NCBI GenBank assembly: GCA_964527565.1
Contig: CAZGOY010000001.1
Location: 66,495-130,494 of the forward strand
Length of the DNA: 64,000 nt
Direction: 5' to 3'
DNA from: an uncultured Sulfuricella sp.
GTDB taxonomy: Bacteria > Pseudomonadota > Gammaproteobacteria > Burkholderiales > Sulfuricellaceae
Program-made: the position numbers and the translations under genes
Shown: positions 26,504 to 36,744 of the stretch, one piece after another
Layout: the number at the start of each line of letters is the position of its first letter
Numbering within the stretch: the stretch's first letter is position 1
The notes under the pieces: generated by a model
The model's input: only the letters and a program-made list of their open reading frames with translations
Told to the model about the DNA's origin: nothing
Databases searched by the model: none

Positions 26504-27453
26504 ACCTGCTCTTCATCCTCGATCCGCTTGACGGGCTCAAGCCCGGCAAGGATTCGAGCGTTGCCATGATGCGCGCCGCCGCCGCGCGCGGGCATGCCTT
26601 GTCCGTCCTGATGCGCGATGACTTGATGCTGGCCGGCGGCGTGGTGAGCGGAACCGTCCGCCCCCTGACGCTGAACGCGGGTGGCCGGGACTGGTATCGC
26701 TGCGGGCCGTGCTTGTCAGCCTGTCCGCTGGCGGATTTCGATGCCGTGCTGATGCGCCAGGATCCGCCGTTCGACACCGAATACCTGTACGCCACCCATC
26801 TGCTGGAGTTGGCGGAGGCGCAGGGCGCGCGCGTTTTCAATCGCCCCGCCGCGCTACGCGATTTCAACGAAAAGCTCGCCATCGCCCGTTACCCGGAATT
26901 GGCGCCGCCGACGCTGGTGACGCGGCGCGCGGAGCAGATCCGCGAGTTCCTCGCCGGGCAGGGCGACATCATCCTGAAACCGCTCGATGCCATGGGGGGC
27001 AGCTCCATCTTTCGTCTGCGCAACGGTGATCCCAACCTCAATGTCATCATCGAAACCATGACCGCGCTCGGGCACCGCACCGTGATGGCGCAACGCTATC
27101 TCCCTGAAATTGCCCAAGGCGACAAGCGCATCCTGTTGATCGACGGCGAGCCGGTGCCCTATGCGCTGGCGCGCATACCGCGGGAGGGGGAAACGCGCGG
27201 CAACCTGGCCGCCGGCGGCACAGGCGTGGCGCAAGCACTGAGCGAGCGCGACCGCGAAATCGTGCAGGCGTTGGGCGCTTCCCTGCGCGATGCCGGACTG
27301 TTCCTGGCCGGACTGGACGTCATCGGCGACTGGCTCACCGAAATCAACGTCACCAGCCCTACCTGCTTCCAGGAAATCCATGCGCAAAGCGGCTTCGATG
27401 TGGCGGGAATGTTCATCGATGCGCTGGAGAGGCGGGCTGGGGGAGCGGCGTGA
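26500..27453 (+). CDS. gshB: Glutathione synthetase
   Basis: The internal ATG at 26500 overlaps the rsmA stop. '[24 protein letters not shown]' and the ATP-grasp C-terminus 'EINVTSPT'. The upstream part of the 448-aa ORF overlaps rsmA and is discounted. Confidence 0.9.
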   Translation: MNLLFILDPLDGLKPGKDSSVAMMRAAAARGHALSVLMRDDLMLAGGVVSGTVRPLTLNAGGRDWYRCGPCLSACPLADFDAVLMRQDPPFDTEYLYATHLLELAEAQGARVFNRPAALRDFNEKLAIARYPELAPPTLVTRRAEQIREFLAGQGDIILKPLDAMGGSSIFRLRNGDPNLNVIIETMTALGHRTVMAQRYLPEIAQGDKRILLIDGEPVPYALARIPREGETRGNLAAGGTGVAQALSERDREIVQALGASLRDAGLFLAGLDVIGDWLTEINVTSPTCFQEIHAQSGFDVAGMFIDALERRAGGAA

Positions 27454-28457
27454 GCCGCATCCTGCTGGGGCTGCTGCTCCTGCCGCTGCTGCTTTCCTGT
27501 AGCCGCGAAGCCCCGGTTTACCAGCAGCAGAGTTATGTTTTCGGCACGCTGGTGGAAGTGGCGATTGCCGGCGAAAGCGAGGCGCGCGCCACCCAGCTTG
27601 CCGGACAAGTATTGGCTGAATTCGACCGCCTGCATCGCACCCTGCACGCCTGGAAGCCCAGCGAACTGTCGCGTCTGAATGAAGCGTTCGCGCAGGGGCG
27701 AAGCGCACCCCTGTCAGCCGAACTCGCGGCGTTATTGCGTGATGCCGCCGCCTTGTCGGCACAATCGGGCGGCGCGTTCAACCCGGCCATCGGCGGGCTG
27801 ATCAGCCTATGGGGCTTCCAGAACGATGAATTCACGCCGCGGCGTCCCGACACAGAGCAACTGGCGGCCCTGGTGCGCGCCAACCCGTCGTTGAGCGACC
27901 TGGTCATCGGGGACGGGGAAGTCCATAGCCGCAACCCCGCCGTGCGGCTCGATCTGGGCGGCTATGCCAAGGGCTATGCGCTGGACCGGGCGGCCGCGCT
28001 GTTGCGAAGCCAAGGCGTCAAGGGCGCGCTCATCAACATCGGCGGCAACATCCTGGCCATCGGCAACCGCTTTGGCCAGCCGTGGCGCGTCGGCATCCAG
28101 CATCCGCGCAAGCCTTCCGCCATCGCCGCGCTGGAACTCGGCGACGGCGAAGCGATCGGCACCTCCGGCGATTACCAGCGTTTCTTCGAACTGGACGGCA
28201 AGCGCTACTGCCACGTCATCGATCCGAAAACCGGCTACCCGGTGGAAGGCGTGCAGGCGGTAACGGTGGTCGTCCCGCCGGGTAAACTGGCCGGCACCCT
28301 GTCGGATGTGGCTTCCAAGCCCATTTTCATCGCCGGGTCCGCCAACTGGCGCGAAGCGGCGGCGCGCATGGGTATGGAACAGGCCATGCTGATTGATGGG
28401 CAAGGCGTAATCCACCTCACCGAGGCGATGAAAAAACGGGTACGCCTGATTAAATAG
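27450..28457 (+). CDS. apbE: FAD:protein FMN transferase (ApbE), lipoprotein
   Basis: Lipobox 'LLLSCS'; 'LGGYAKGYALD', 'GTSGDYQRFFELDGKRYCHVIDPKTG'. GTG start overlaps the gshB stop. Confidence 0.85.
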   Translation: MSRILLGLLLLPLLLSCSREAPVYQQQSYVFGTLVEVAIAGESEARATQLAGQVLAEFDRLHRTLHAWKPSELSRLNEAFAQGRSAPLSAELAALLRDAAALSAQSGGAFNPAIGGLISLWGFQNDEFTPRRPDTEQLAALVRANPSLSDLVIGDGEVHSRNPAVRLDLGGYAKGYALDRAAALLRSQGVKGALINIGGNILAIGNRFGQPWRVGIQHPRKPSAIAALELGDGEAIGTSGDYQRFFELDGKRYCHVIDPKTGYPVEGVQAVTVVVPPGKLAGTLSDVASKPIFIAGSANWREAAARMGMEQAMLIDGQGVIHLTEAMKKRVRLIK

Positions 28458-28470
28458 GAGCGGATGTGTC

Positions 28471-28935
28471 ATGGATGAAGACGCCTTCAGGAATACCCTT
28501 CAAGCCTTGAACCGGGACGACTGCCTCTTTGAAAAGGCCGTCCTGATCTGCCGCCATGCTTGCCGCAACGCCCGCATGATCGGCATCGGCGAACGTTCGG
28601 TGGTCGGTTGCAGCGCTCCGGCGGCGCGCGAAAAATGCCGCGAACTGCTGGCCCTGTTGCACAGCAACGCCACGTTTGCCCTGCATTTATCCGATACCTC
28701 GCGACTCGCGCACGGCAAGGAAATCCGCGTGCAATGCGGCGGGCTGCAAGGGCTGCAACAGGCACTGGCGGCGGAAGATGATGAAGGCGCGCGCGCGATT
28801 GCCGATATCGCCGCCCTGGTCGAGCAGGCCGAGACAAATTTCAATGGCCTGGAAAACCTGCCGTTCAGCAGGATGGTACGTGCCATCGTCCATTTCGAAG
28901 CGCGCAAGCGGCGGAAAAATCCGGATCGAATCTAA
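28471..28935 (+). CDS. Hypothetical cysteine-containing protein (154 aa)
   Basis: ORF with AGGAG upstream and native-looking GC content. Six Cys in the first 90 residues. No family recognised. Confidence 0.45.
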   Translation: MDEDAFRNTLQALNRDDCLFEKAVLICRHACRNARMIGIGERSVVGCSAPAAREKCRELLALLHSNATFALHLSDTSRLAHGKEIRVQCGGLQGLQQALAAEDDEGARAIADIAALVEQAETNFNGLENLPFSRMVRAIVHFEARKRRKNPDRI

Positions 28936-29027
28936 AATCCGGCCCATAAACCACAAGATTATCATTAAAGCAATATTTTGTTAATGTGTAGTTGTATTGC
29001 GAGCATTGCGCTGTTAAGATTTGTCTC

Positions 29028-30467
29028 ATGAAAGTATCTAAGGAAGAGCTTGTCGCCGTCCTGTCACAGTTCAATCCCTGGTGGCGTGACGAGGCGATTT
29101 CCGATCTGCCCAAGTGGCGGCGGGCGGCGTTCCGGGAGTTATACGCATGGACGACCAACCCGCCCGCCCCCCGCGCTGTCCTGCTTTCTGGCGCACGTCA
29201 GATCGGCAAAACCACGTTGATGTTGCAGGCAGTTGATGCCCTGTTGCGCGAAGGCGTGCCGCCCGCCAACATTCTCTATGCGACCTTCGACCACCCGATC
29301 CTGAAACTCGCCGGAATCGAGGCGGTGCTGGAAGCCTGGCGCGAGCGGGAGCCCAAGGTTGACGGCCCTGAATACATTTTCCTCGACGAGGCCCAGTTCA
29401 TCCGCGATTGGGGCACGTGGGTCAAACACCAAGTGGACTTCGCCAAACATCGGCGCATTGCCTTTACCGGTTCGGCGACGCCACTTGTCGAGGCCGGGCA
29501 GGAATCAGGCGTCGGTCGCTGGCACACGATCCGGCTGACCACGCTCTCGTTTTACGAATACCTCCAGATCAAGAATCTGTCACTCCCGGCGCTGCCCCGC
29601 CTCAAGTCCCTGCGCGATCTATTCGACTGGCCACAGTCGGACCTCTACCGCGTCACCGAATCTGCTGCGCCCTATGTCGGGCATTTCCACGAATACCTGG
29701 TGCGTGGCGGATTTCCGCAGACGGCGCAAGTCGAGAGCATCACCCAGGCCCAGCGTCTGCTGCGCGAGGACATCATCGACAAGGTGTTGAAGCGCGACAT
29801 GACGGCATTGTTCGGCGTGCGCCGCGTGCTGGATCTGGAGCACACCTTCCTCTACCTGTGCATGCACGATGGCGGACTGCTCGACATGGTCGATCTCTGC
29901 GCCAATCTGGAGGTCAAGCGACCGACGGCGCAGAGCTTCATCGAATTGCTGGAAGCGACCCACCTGATCTACCGCCTGCCGCCCTTCGGTTACGGCAAGG
30001 ATGTGCTGCGGGCGCGCTTCAAAATTTACCTGGCCGATGCCGCCATTGCACCGGCGGTCATGCTCAAGGGCAAATCCATCCTAGAAGACCCGGCGGCGCT
30101 GGGCGTGGCAACCGAAACGGCGGTCTTCAAGCACTTGTTCGCCCGCTACTATGCGCAGAACGTGCGCTTCACCTACTGGCGCGGCAAGAAGGATCGGGAA
30201 GTTGATCTCGTTGCCGAGGTGGGCGGCCAAATCATTCCCTTCGAGGTGAAATACCGCGCACAGCACACCGGCCTGCGCGACCTGAAAGGCTTGCTCGAAC
30301 TTTGCCGACAGAAGTCCATCGACCGTGGCTACGTGGTCACCAAGGCACTGGATGACTTCGGCACGATTCCCGACCTACCCGACACCAACACCCGAATTCT
30401 GCGCATTCCCGCGCCGCTGCTTTGCTACTGGATGGGCGAGTCCGAGCCTACCCCGGAACAACAATGA
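29028..30467 (+). CDS. AAA-family ATPase with DUF4143-type C-terminal domain
   Basis: Walker A 'GARQIGKTTL' and Walker B 'IFLDEAQ'; C-terminal 'YWRGKKDREVDLV..IPFEVKY' is typical of the AAA_14/DUF4143 architecture. ATG 29028 is preferred over TTG 28992. Confidence 0.8.
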   Translation: MKVSKEELVAVLSQFNPWWRDEAISDLPKWRRAAFRELYAWTTNPPAPRAVLLSGARQIGKTTLMLQAVDALLREGVPPANILYATFDHPILKLAGIEAVLEAWREREPKVDGPEYIFLDEAQFIRDWGTWVKHQVDFAKHRRIAFTGSATPLVEAGQESGVGRWHTIRLTTLSFYEYLQIKNLSLPALPRLKSLRDLFDWPQSDLYRVTESAAPYVGHFHEYLVRGGFPQTAQVESITQAQRLLREDIIDKVLKRDMTALFGVRRVLDLEHTFLYLCMHDGGLLDMVDLCANLEVKRPTAQSFIELLEATHLIYRLPPFGYGKDVLRARFKIYLADAAIAPAVMLKGKSILEDPAALGVATETAVFKHLFARYYAQNVRFTYWRGKKDREVDLVAEVGGQIIPFEVKYRAQHTGLRDLKGLLELCRQKSIDRGYVVTKALDDFGTIPDLPDTNTRILRIPAPLLCYWMGESEPTPEQQ

Positions 30468-30639
30468 GAGTGACACAGCAACAACTCGAAGCTCAACGCT
30501 GTATTGACCAAGTCTGTTACCAGTTTTTTGGGTGAGAGGAAGCCAAGCTGATTCGGCATCAATTTGCCATCTCGGCCTTTGTGGCGCCATTTTGGCGTCA
30601 GTGATACACTGGTCCGTCAAATCAACGTAGGAGGTGATG

Positions 30640-30951
30640 ATGGGTGCCACCATTGCCAAGCAGGATCGCATCGGTGCTCGCGTGCCCCACGAGGTTTATG
30701 AAACCTTGTGCCGTGCAGCTGAACTGACGGGAGCCACGGTCAATCAGTTTCTGGTGCAAGCGGCTCTGAAAGAGGCCCAGGAAGTCATCGAGCGGGAAGA
30801 GGTTATCCGCCTGTCAGCGCGGGACTGGAACTGGTTGCTCGACTTGATGGAAAGCCCGCCCAAGCCCAATGCCAGGCTGAAGACCGCCCTAATGCGTTAC
30901 CAAAAAGCCAGGCGAGACGATGAAGGTAATTCCTTTAACTGGGAGCCATGA
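30640..30951 (+). CDS. tacA: DUF1778 (TacA-type, ribbon-helix-helix) antitoxin
   Basis: 'RIGARVPHEVYETLCRAAELTGATVNQFLVQAAL'. AGGAGG lies 6 nt upstream. It overlaps the downstream GNAT gene. Confidence 0.8.
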   Translation: MGATIAKQDRIGARVPHEVYETLCRAAELTGATVNQFLVQAALKEAQEVIEREEVIRLSARDWNWLLDLMESPPKPNARLKTALMRYQKARRDDEGNSFNWEP

Positions 30952-31405
30952 CCGGCAAGCGTTTGACTGTGGCCGCCAGGAACTGAACGACTGGCTACGG
31001 CAAGTTGCTCGTCAGCATCAGGACAAGGGGCTGTCGAAGACCTTTGTGGCTATTCGCGATGAAGAACCCGCGCGTATCTGCGGTTATTACGCGCTGACGC
31101 TGGCTGAACTGGAAAACCGGCATCTGCCGGAAGTCCGGCGCAAAAAAATGCCGCGTCGCATCCCTGGGGTGCGCTTGGGCCGGTTGGCGGTCGACAGGCA
31201 ATACCAGTGCAATGGTCTGGGCGAATTGCTGCTGGTCGATGCCTTGGTGCGGGCGCAACGAATCCACACCGAGGCAGACGGTATGGGTCTATTCATCGAT
31301 GCGATTGATGAAGATGCCGCAAGATACTATCGGCGCTTCGGGTTCGAGGCTTGCCCGGATAATCCGTTGCTGCTGTTCATGCCGGTGCAAACAGAGACGG
31401 TTTGA
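30920..31405 (+). CDS. tacT: GNAT-family acetyltransferase toxin (TacT type)
   Basis: 161 aa; 'HDRQAFDCGRQELNDWLRQ', 'GYYALT', 'LGRLAVDRQYQCNGLGELLL'. Confidence 0.8.
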   Translation: MKVIPLTGSHDRQAFDCGRQELNDWLRQVARQHQDKGLSKTFVAIRDEEPARICGYYALTLAELENRHLPEVRRKKMPRRIPGVRLGRLAVDRQYQCNGLGELLLVDALVRAQRIHTEADGMGLFIDAIDEDAARYYRRFGFEACPDNPLLLFMPVQTETV

Positions 31406-31410
31406 CCAGA

Positions 31411-31608
31411 TTAAACGTCGCAGGGGCGGTCATACACCGCCATGATGGTTTTCAGTTCATGGAGCACCGCGCCGCGCTCCGCCATGTCCAGAGCAGCGGT
31501 TTCCGTCAGGGGTTCGTCGCGTTCCAGCGCGCCGATGATGCGTGTTACCTCGCGGCAACCGTTCTGGCAAAGCAACTCGATGCAGCGGTCGATTTTTGCA
31601 TGATCCAT
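31411..31608 (-). CDS. Hypothetical small Cys-containing protein (65 aa)
   Basis: Short ORF downstream of the LysR gene on the same strand; Cys at positions 9, 14, 18 and 63. No family recognised. Confidence 0.35.
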   Translation of the reverse strand: MDHAKIDRCIELLCQNGCREVTRIIGALERDEPLTETAALDMAERGAVLHELKTIMAVYDRPCDV

Positions 31609-31668
31609 GCGCGTGACTTTGAAAAAAGCAAGCAGATATTTTACCCCGGTGAACGTTTTATGACAGGC

Positions 31669-32580
31669 TTAATTACGGGATACCCTGGTTTGGCCGAACA
31701 GTTCCTGCCGTGCAGCACGACTAATGGTAATTACTGCGGGGTGGGTTAGCTTGCGTTCGACTGAAATGGCGTAGAACTGTTCTACCACATCCACCGTTGC
31801 GCCAATTTCGACCACATCGTACTGTCGTGCCACCAGTTCGGCAATTGCCGTGGGGGCGGGGAATATTCCCACGCCGGCCTGGCCGAAGGCTTTCATCAAA
31901 GCGCCATCGTCGAATTCTCCGATGATGCGCGGATGAATTTGTTGATCACTCAGCCAGCGCGTCAGCTTGGAGCGAATGGCGACTTCATCGCCCGGCAGCA
32001 GCAGTGGCGCGCCATTCAGGCACGCGGGGAAATTCCCGGAGTGGCGCCGCGCCAACTCTGCTGCCGCAAAAAAAGAAATCCCGCATTCTCCGAGGAAGTG
32101 GTTGAATCCGCGCACATCAACTGTATTCGGCATGGGAGCGTCGGCAATTACGATGTCGAGCCGATGCACCGCCAGTTCCGCCAGTAGTTGGGCGATTTTT
32201 CCTTCCCGGCAGACGATACGCGGCGGGTCGCTAACTGCCATCGCCGGTTCCAGGAGTTGGTAGGCGACGGATTTCGGAACGGCATCGGTGACGCCTACCC
32301 GGAATTGCAGCGGGCGCCCAGAGGGGCTGTGAAGCAATGCCTCTTCCAGTTCCTGTCCGAGCACAAACATCTCGTCAGCGTAGCTCAATACCAGCCGACC
32401 CGTTTCGGTCAAATCGAAATGGCGCCCAGTGCGGTTGAACAATTTCTCTCCCAGCGCCTTCTCGAATTGACTTAGTTGCCCGCTGATGGTTTGTGGAGTG
32501 AGGTGCAGACGCTCGCTGGCGCGAGTCACGCCGCCAGCCTTGACGACGACCCAAAAATAGTGCAGATGTTTGAAATTCAT
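31669..32580 (-). CDS. nhaR: LysR-family transcriptional regulator, NhaR-like
   Basis: 'MNFKHLHYFWVVVKAGGVTRASERLHLTPQTISGQLSQFEKALGEKLF' closely parallels the NhaR N-terminus as remembered. ATG 32580 is preferred over the longer ORF. Confidence 0.7.
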   Translation of the reverse strand: MNFKHLHYFWVVVKAGGVTRASERLHLTPQTISGQLSQFEKALGEKLFNRTGRHFDLTETGRLVLSYADEMFVLGQELEEALLHSPSGRPLQFRVGVTDAVPKSVAYQLLEPAMAVSDPPRIVCREGKIAQLLAELAVHRLDIVIADAPMPNTVDVRGFNHFLGECGISFFAAAELARRHSGNFPACLNGAPLLLPGDEVAIRSKLTRWLSDQQIHPRIIGEFDDGALMKAFGQAGVGIFPAPTAIAELVARQYDVVEIGATVDVVEQFYAISVERKLTHPAVITISRAARQELFGQTRVSRN

Positions 32581-32702
32581 GGTCTCGGTTAATTCCAGAT
32601 GGTTCGGTATTATCGAAGTTTTTTTCAATTATATTCGACTTTTTGGATGTGCAAAGATGTCCTACACTATTTTCGTTTCATAAATCGTGAAAGGACAATG
32701 CC

Positions 32703-33104
32703 ATGCGGATACACATTCAGTCGTCAAGCTTTGTACTTACCGAAGGTATACGTGAACATGCCGTGCGCCGCTTGAGATTCGCCTTGTCGCACGTGGCCGA
32801 TCACATCCGGCGCGTCACTGTCCATCTGTCCGACATCAATGGGCCGCGCGGGGGGGTGGATAAATGCTGCCGCATGGTGGTGACGATGGAGAAACTTGCG
32901 GAAATCGCCGTTGAAGACATCGAAAATGACCTCTATGTCGCCATTGACCGCGCGACCAGCCGCGCCGCACGTACAGTGACGCGCAACATTGATCGTAGCC
33001 GGGCGCAGCGCAAAAACAGTGCGCCGGGGCAGGAAATTCCTTCGCCCTGTGAAGCGGAGGGTCATAGGGATGAAAGGCGGAATGGAGAGAATCGGAGTGG
33101 TTGA
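32703..33104 (+). CDS. HPF/RaiA (S30AE) family ribosome-associated protein
   Basis: 'MRIHIQSSSFVLTEGIREHAVRRL...VTVHLSDINGPRGGVDKCCRMVV' fits the sigma-54 modulation / ribosome hibernation fold. Confidence 0.65.
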   Translation: MRIHIQSSSFVLTEGIREHAVRRLRFALSHVADHIRRVTVHLSDINGPRGGVDKCCRMVVTMEKLAEIAVEDIENDLYVAIDRATSRAARTVTRNIDRSRAQRKNSAPGQEIPSPCEAEGHRDERRNGENRSG

Positions 33105-34173
33105 CTGTGCAGGCCGAGACGTGGGCGCCGTTTCGGAAAAATCGGAAAATATCTCGCTGGCAACAGATCTGCTGCGGAAGGGCGGGGTGGTCGCCTTTCC
33201 TACCGAAACGGTCTATGGGCTGGGTGCGGATGCTGCCAATCCGCAGGCGCTGCTTCGGATATTCAAACTCAAGAAACGCCCACTCGATCACCCGCTGATC
33301 ATTCATATCGGCGATGCCGGGCGGCTGAATTATTGGGCGTCCAGAATTACAGACGACGCTTGGCGGCTTGCCGAGCTTTTCTGGCCCGGGCCGCTCACCT
33401 TGATTCTGCCGCGTCGCATCCATGTGCTGACGCTGGTTACCGGGGGGCAGGAAGCCGTAGGGCTGCGGGTGCCCGACCATCCGGTGGCGCTCGCGCTGCT
33501 GCGCAGCCTCGGCGAGGAAAAAGGGCTGGCTGCGCCATCCGCGAACCGTTTCGGGCGCGTCAGTCCGACTACCGCCGACCATGTGCGGACGGAGTTAGGT
33601 GATGGGGTCGACATGATCCTCGATGGCGGCCCCTGTCGGGTCGGCCTGGAATCCACCATCGTCGGCTTCACTGGTGCTGCGCCGGTGTTGCTGCGGCCCG
33701 GTGGGATACCTGCCGAATTGCTGGAAGATTCGCTCGGGTGCAAGCTTGAAAGGCCTGCTGCCAGCCCGCCGGAAATCCGGGCGTCGGGCTGCCTGCCATC
33801 CCATTATGCTCCATCCACGCCACTGGAAGTCTGGTCTGCCGGAACCCTGTGGCAGCGGGCAGAAGCGCTTTCGGTTCAAGGGAAACGTGTGGCGATTCTG
33901 GAAATGGATATGGAGCCACCTCCAGAAAGCTGCCAACAATTTCATTTTCCCATGCCGACGGGTGCGAAGGCCTATGGCCGCGCACTCTACGCCACCCTGC
34001 GTGCTGCGGACAGTGGTGGATTCGACCTCATTCTGGCGCAAATGCCGCCGCAAACCACCGCCTGGCAGGCGGTGGATGACCGGCTGCGGCGCGCCGCCAC
34101 GCTTTACTGTCCGGGTGCACCGCTGCCGCCTTTTCCGTCCCGCAGCGGAAAACCGGCGATTCCGGCCAAGTAG
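33070..34173 (+). CDS. tsaC: L-threonylcarbamoyladenylate synthase (Sua5/YwlC/TsaC, long form)
   Basis: 'VVAFPTETVYGLGADAANPQAL..KKRPLDHPLIIHI', 'WPGPLTLIL', 'APSANRFGRVSPT'. Start uncertain (ATG 33070 or 33082). Confidence 0.85.
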   Translation: MKGGMERIGVVDCAGRDVGAVSEKSENISLATDLLRKGGVVAFPTETVYGLGADAANPQALLRIFKLKKRPLDHPLIIHIGDAGRLNYWASRITDDAWRLAELFWPGPLTLILPRRIHVLTLVTGGQEAVGLRVPDHPVALALLRSLGEEKGLAAPSANRFGRVSPTTADHVRTELGDGVDMILDGGPCRVGLESTIVGFTGAAPVLLRPGGIPAELLEDSLGCKLERPAASPPEIRASGCLPSHYAPSTPLEVWSAGTLWQRAEALSVQGKRVAILEMDMEPPPESCQQFHFPMPTGAKAYGRALYATLRAADSGGFDLILAQMPPQTTAWQAVDDRLRRAATLYCPGAPLPPFPSRSGKPAIPAK

Positions 34174-35078
34174 CGGTTCGCCAGATTGTGGCTTTCCTGC
34201 TTGAGGAAATCCATGAAGGTGGCGGCGACCACCGTCAGGCGCTTGTCGCCGGGGTAGGCGGCGAACCACTGGCGGCGGATCGGGAAACCGGCTACGTCGA
34301 GCACTGCCAACTCCTCGCTGTTCCTTTCCAGCGCCAGGGTGTGCGCCGACAGCACGGCGAGGCCCAAGCCGCCGACCACCGCCTGCTTGATCGCCTCGTT
34401 GCTGCCCAGTTCCATGCGGATTTTGGGCGCCATCCCTTGCTCAGCGAAAAAGCGTTCGGCGGCGAGCCTAGTGCCCGAGCCCGGCTCGCGCACCAGGAAA
34501 TACTCTTGCGCCAAACGCTCCAAGGATACGTTTTCCTTGCCCGCCAGTGGGTGGTCGCGGGGGGCAAGCACCACCAGCGGGTTTTCCAGAAAGGGCTCGG
34601 CGCAGACATCCATGTGTTCGGGCGGCTGGCCGAGTATGTAGAGATCGTCCTGGTTGTCGGCGAGGCGTTGCAAAACTCTTTCCCGGTTGGTTACCTTGAG
34701 CGACACCTCAATGCCGGGATAGCGCTCGTAAAAAGCCCCAAGCAGGCGCGGGATGAAATATTTTGCGGTGGTGACCGCAGCGAGGCGCAATTTACCGGCC
34801 TTCACGCCCTTCATGTCAGAGATCAGCATCTCGAAACGCGACAGCTCTTCTAATATGAGTTGGCACAAGGCTTCCAGTTCGCGTCCCACATCAGTCAGGA
34901 AAATCCGCTTGCCGACCTGTTCCAGCAGGGGCAGGCCGACGATGTCCGTCAACTGTTTGATCTGGATGGAGACGGTGGGCTGGGTAAGGTGCAACTCCTC
35001 GGCGGCGCGGGTGAAGCTGAGATGGCGCGCCACCGCCTCGAACACTTTGAGCTGGCGCAATGAGGCATGTTTCATCAT
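34104..35078 (-). CDS. cbbR: LysR-family RuBisCO operon regulator CbbR
   Basis: 'LRQLKVFEAVARHLSFTRAAEELHLTQPTVSIQIKQL'; divergent from cbbL. Confidence 0.9.
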   Translation of the reverse strand: MMKHASLRQLKVFEAVARHLSFTRAAEELHLTQPTVSIQIKQLTDIVGLPLLEQVGKRIFLTDVGRELEALCQLILEELSRFEMLISDMKGVKAGKLRLAAVTTAKYFIPRLLGAFYERYPGIEVSLKVTNRERVLQRLADNQDDLYILGQPPEHMDVCAEPFLENPLVVLAPRDHPLAGKENVSLERLAQEYFLVREPGSGTRLAAERFFAEQGMAPKIRMELGSNEAIKQAVVGGLGLAVLSAHTLALERNSEELAVLDVAGFPIRRQWFAAYPGDKRLTVVAATFMDFLKQESHNLANRYLAGIAGFPLRDGKGGSGAPGQ

Positions 35079-35094
35079 GGTGTTTCAGCCGAAA

Positions 35095-35154
35095 TTATCA
35101 TAGATCAAAGTCTATCATTAGCATCGAAATTTACAATTATTATTTATGATAATG
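35095..35154. promoter_or_regulatory. Candidate CbbR operator / cbbL-cbbR divergent promoter region
   Basis: AT-rich block with ATTATCAT (35095-35102) and its complement ATGATAAT (35147-35154), plus TCATAGA-N6-TCTATCA. This is LysR-type T-N11-A-like dyad symmetry. Confidence 0.4.
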
Positions 35155-35243
35155 CCTCGCTATAGTGGCAACACGCTCAAACGAGCCACGCGCCATCCCC
35201 TCGGGGCGGCATACGGTTTAACCCACTAAGCAAGGAGCTTGCA

Positions 35244-36665
35244 ATGGCCGGAAAAACTTACAACGCGGGCGTCAAAGAGTACCGCGAAACCTACTGGGAT
35301 CCCAACTACACGCCGAAGGACAGCGATATCCTGGCGGTCTTCAAGGTGGTGCCGCAAGCCGGCGTGCCGCGCGAAGAGGCCGCCGCTGCGGTGTGCGCCG
35401 AATCCTCAACCGCCACCTGGACCAACGTCTGGACTGATCTGCTGACCGATCTGGACTACTACAAGGGGCGCGCCTACGCCATCGAGGACGTGCCGGGCAA
35501 CGACGAGGCTTTCTACGCCTTCATCGCCTACCCGATGGGGCTGTTCGAGGAAGGTTCGGTGGTCAACGTGTTCACCTCGCTGGTCGGCAACGTGTTCGGC
35601 TTCAAGGCGGTGCGCAAGCTGCGCCTGGAAGACGTGCGCTTCCCGCTGTGGTTCGTCACCACCTGCGACGGCCCGCCCCACGGCATCCAGGTCGAGCGCG
35701 ACAAGCTGGACAAGTACGGCCGCCCGATGCTGGGCTGCACCATCAAGCCCAAGCTGGGTCTGTCCGCCAAGAACTACGGCCGCGCCGTGTACGAGTGCCT
35801 GCGCGGCGGCCTGGACTTCACCAAGGACGACGAGAACGTCAACTCGCAGCCGTTCATGCGCTGGCGCGACCGCTTCGATTTCTGCCAGGAAGCGATCGAG
35901 AAGGCCGAGCGCGAGACCGGCGAGCGCAAGGGCCATTACCTCAACGTGACCGGCCCAAACATGGAAGCTATCTACGAGCGCGCCGAGCACGCCAAGGAAA
36001 TCGGCAGCCCGATCATCATGTCCGACTTCCTCACCATCGGCTGGGCCGCGCACAGCAGCCTGTCCAAATGGTGCCGCAAGAACGGCATGCTGCTGCACGT
36101 GCACCGCGCCATGCACGGCGTGATCGACCGCAATCCCGAGCACGGCATCCATTTCCGCGTGCTGACCAAGCTGCTGCGCCTCTTGGGCGGCGACCATCTG
36201 CACTCCGGCACCGTGGTCGGCAAGCTGGAAGGCGACCGCGAAGCCACGCTGGGCTGGGTGGACATCATGCGTGAGCGCTACATCAAGGAAGACCGTTCGC
36301 GCGGCATCTTCTTCGATCAGGACTGGGGCCAGATGCCCAGCGTCATGCCGGTGGCCTCCGGCGGCATCCATGTCTGGCACATGCCGGCGCTGGTGTCGAT
36401 CTTCGGTGACGATTCCGTGCTCCAGTTCGGCGGCGGCACGCTCGGCCACCCCTGGGGCAACGCTGCCGGCGCCGCTGCTAACCGCGTCGCGTTGGAAGCC
36501 TGCGTCCAGGCGCGCAACGAAGGCCGCAACCTGGAAAAGGAAGGCAAGGACATCCTGACCAACGCCGCCAACTCCAGCCCCGAGCTGAAAATGGCGATGG
36601 AAACCTGGAAGGAAATCAAGTTCGAGTTCGACGTTGTCGACAAGCTGGACGTGACGCACAAGTAA
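35244..36665 (+). CDS. cbbL: RuBisCO form I large subunit (green-like, form IA)
   Basis: 473 aa; '[18 protein letters not shown]', '[35 protein letters not shown]'. Confidence 0.97.
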   Translation: MAGKTYNAGVKEYRETYWDPNYTPKDSDILAVFKVVPQAGVPREEAAAAVCAESSTATWTNVWTDLLTDLDYYKGRAYAIEDVPGNDEAFYAFIAYPMGLFEEGSVVNVFTSLVGNVFGFKAVRKLRLEDVRFPLWFVTTCDGPPHGIQVERDKLDKYGRPMLGCTIKPKLGLSAKNYGRAVYECLRGGLDFTKDDENVNSQPFMRWRDRFDFCQEAIEKAERETGERKGHYLNVTGPNMEAIYERAEHAKEIGSPIIMSDFLTIGWAAHSSLSKWCRKNGMLLHVHRAMHGVIDRNPEHGIHFRVLTKLLRLLGGDHLHSGTVVGKLEGDREATLGWVDIMRERYIKEDRSRGIFFDQDWGQMPSVMPVASGGIHVWHMPALVSIFGDDSVLQFGGGTLGHPWGNAAGAAANRVALEACVQARNEGRNLEKEGKDILTNAANSSPELKMAMETWKEIKFEFDVVDKLDVTHK

Positions 36666-36670
36666 TGCAA

Positions 36671-36710
36671 TGTAGGGCGGGTTAGGCGCATGGCGCCGTA
36701 ACCCGCCAGA
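36671..36710. repeat. REP-like palindrome (GTAGG head) just after cbbL
   Basis: tgtagGGCGGGTTAGGCGC-atg-GCGCCgTAACCCGCC forms a 14-bp stem with one bulge (36676-36707). Confidence 0.55.
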
Positions 36711-36744
36711 CGCAAAACCGAATTGTCGGGTTACGGCCTACGGC

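Noticed and set aside
34104-34173. 70-bp convergent overlap of the Sua5/TsaC and CbbR coding regions
   Set aside because: Both overlapping tails are non-conserved, Pro/Gly/Ala-rich extensions beyond the recognisable domains. This is most simply late stop codons in GC-rich DNA rather than a functional overlap.
35406-36659. 417-aa ORF antisense to cbbL
   Set aside because: cbbL on the plus strand is unambiguous. This is an antisense open frame with no recognisable motif.
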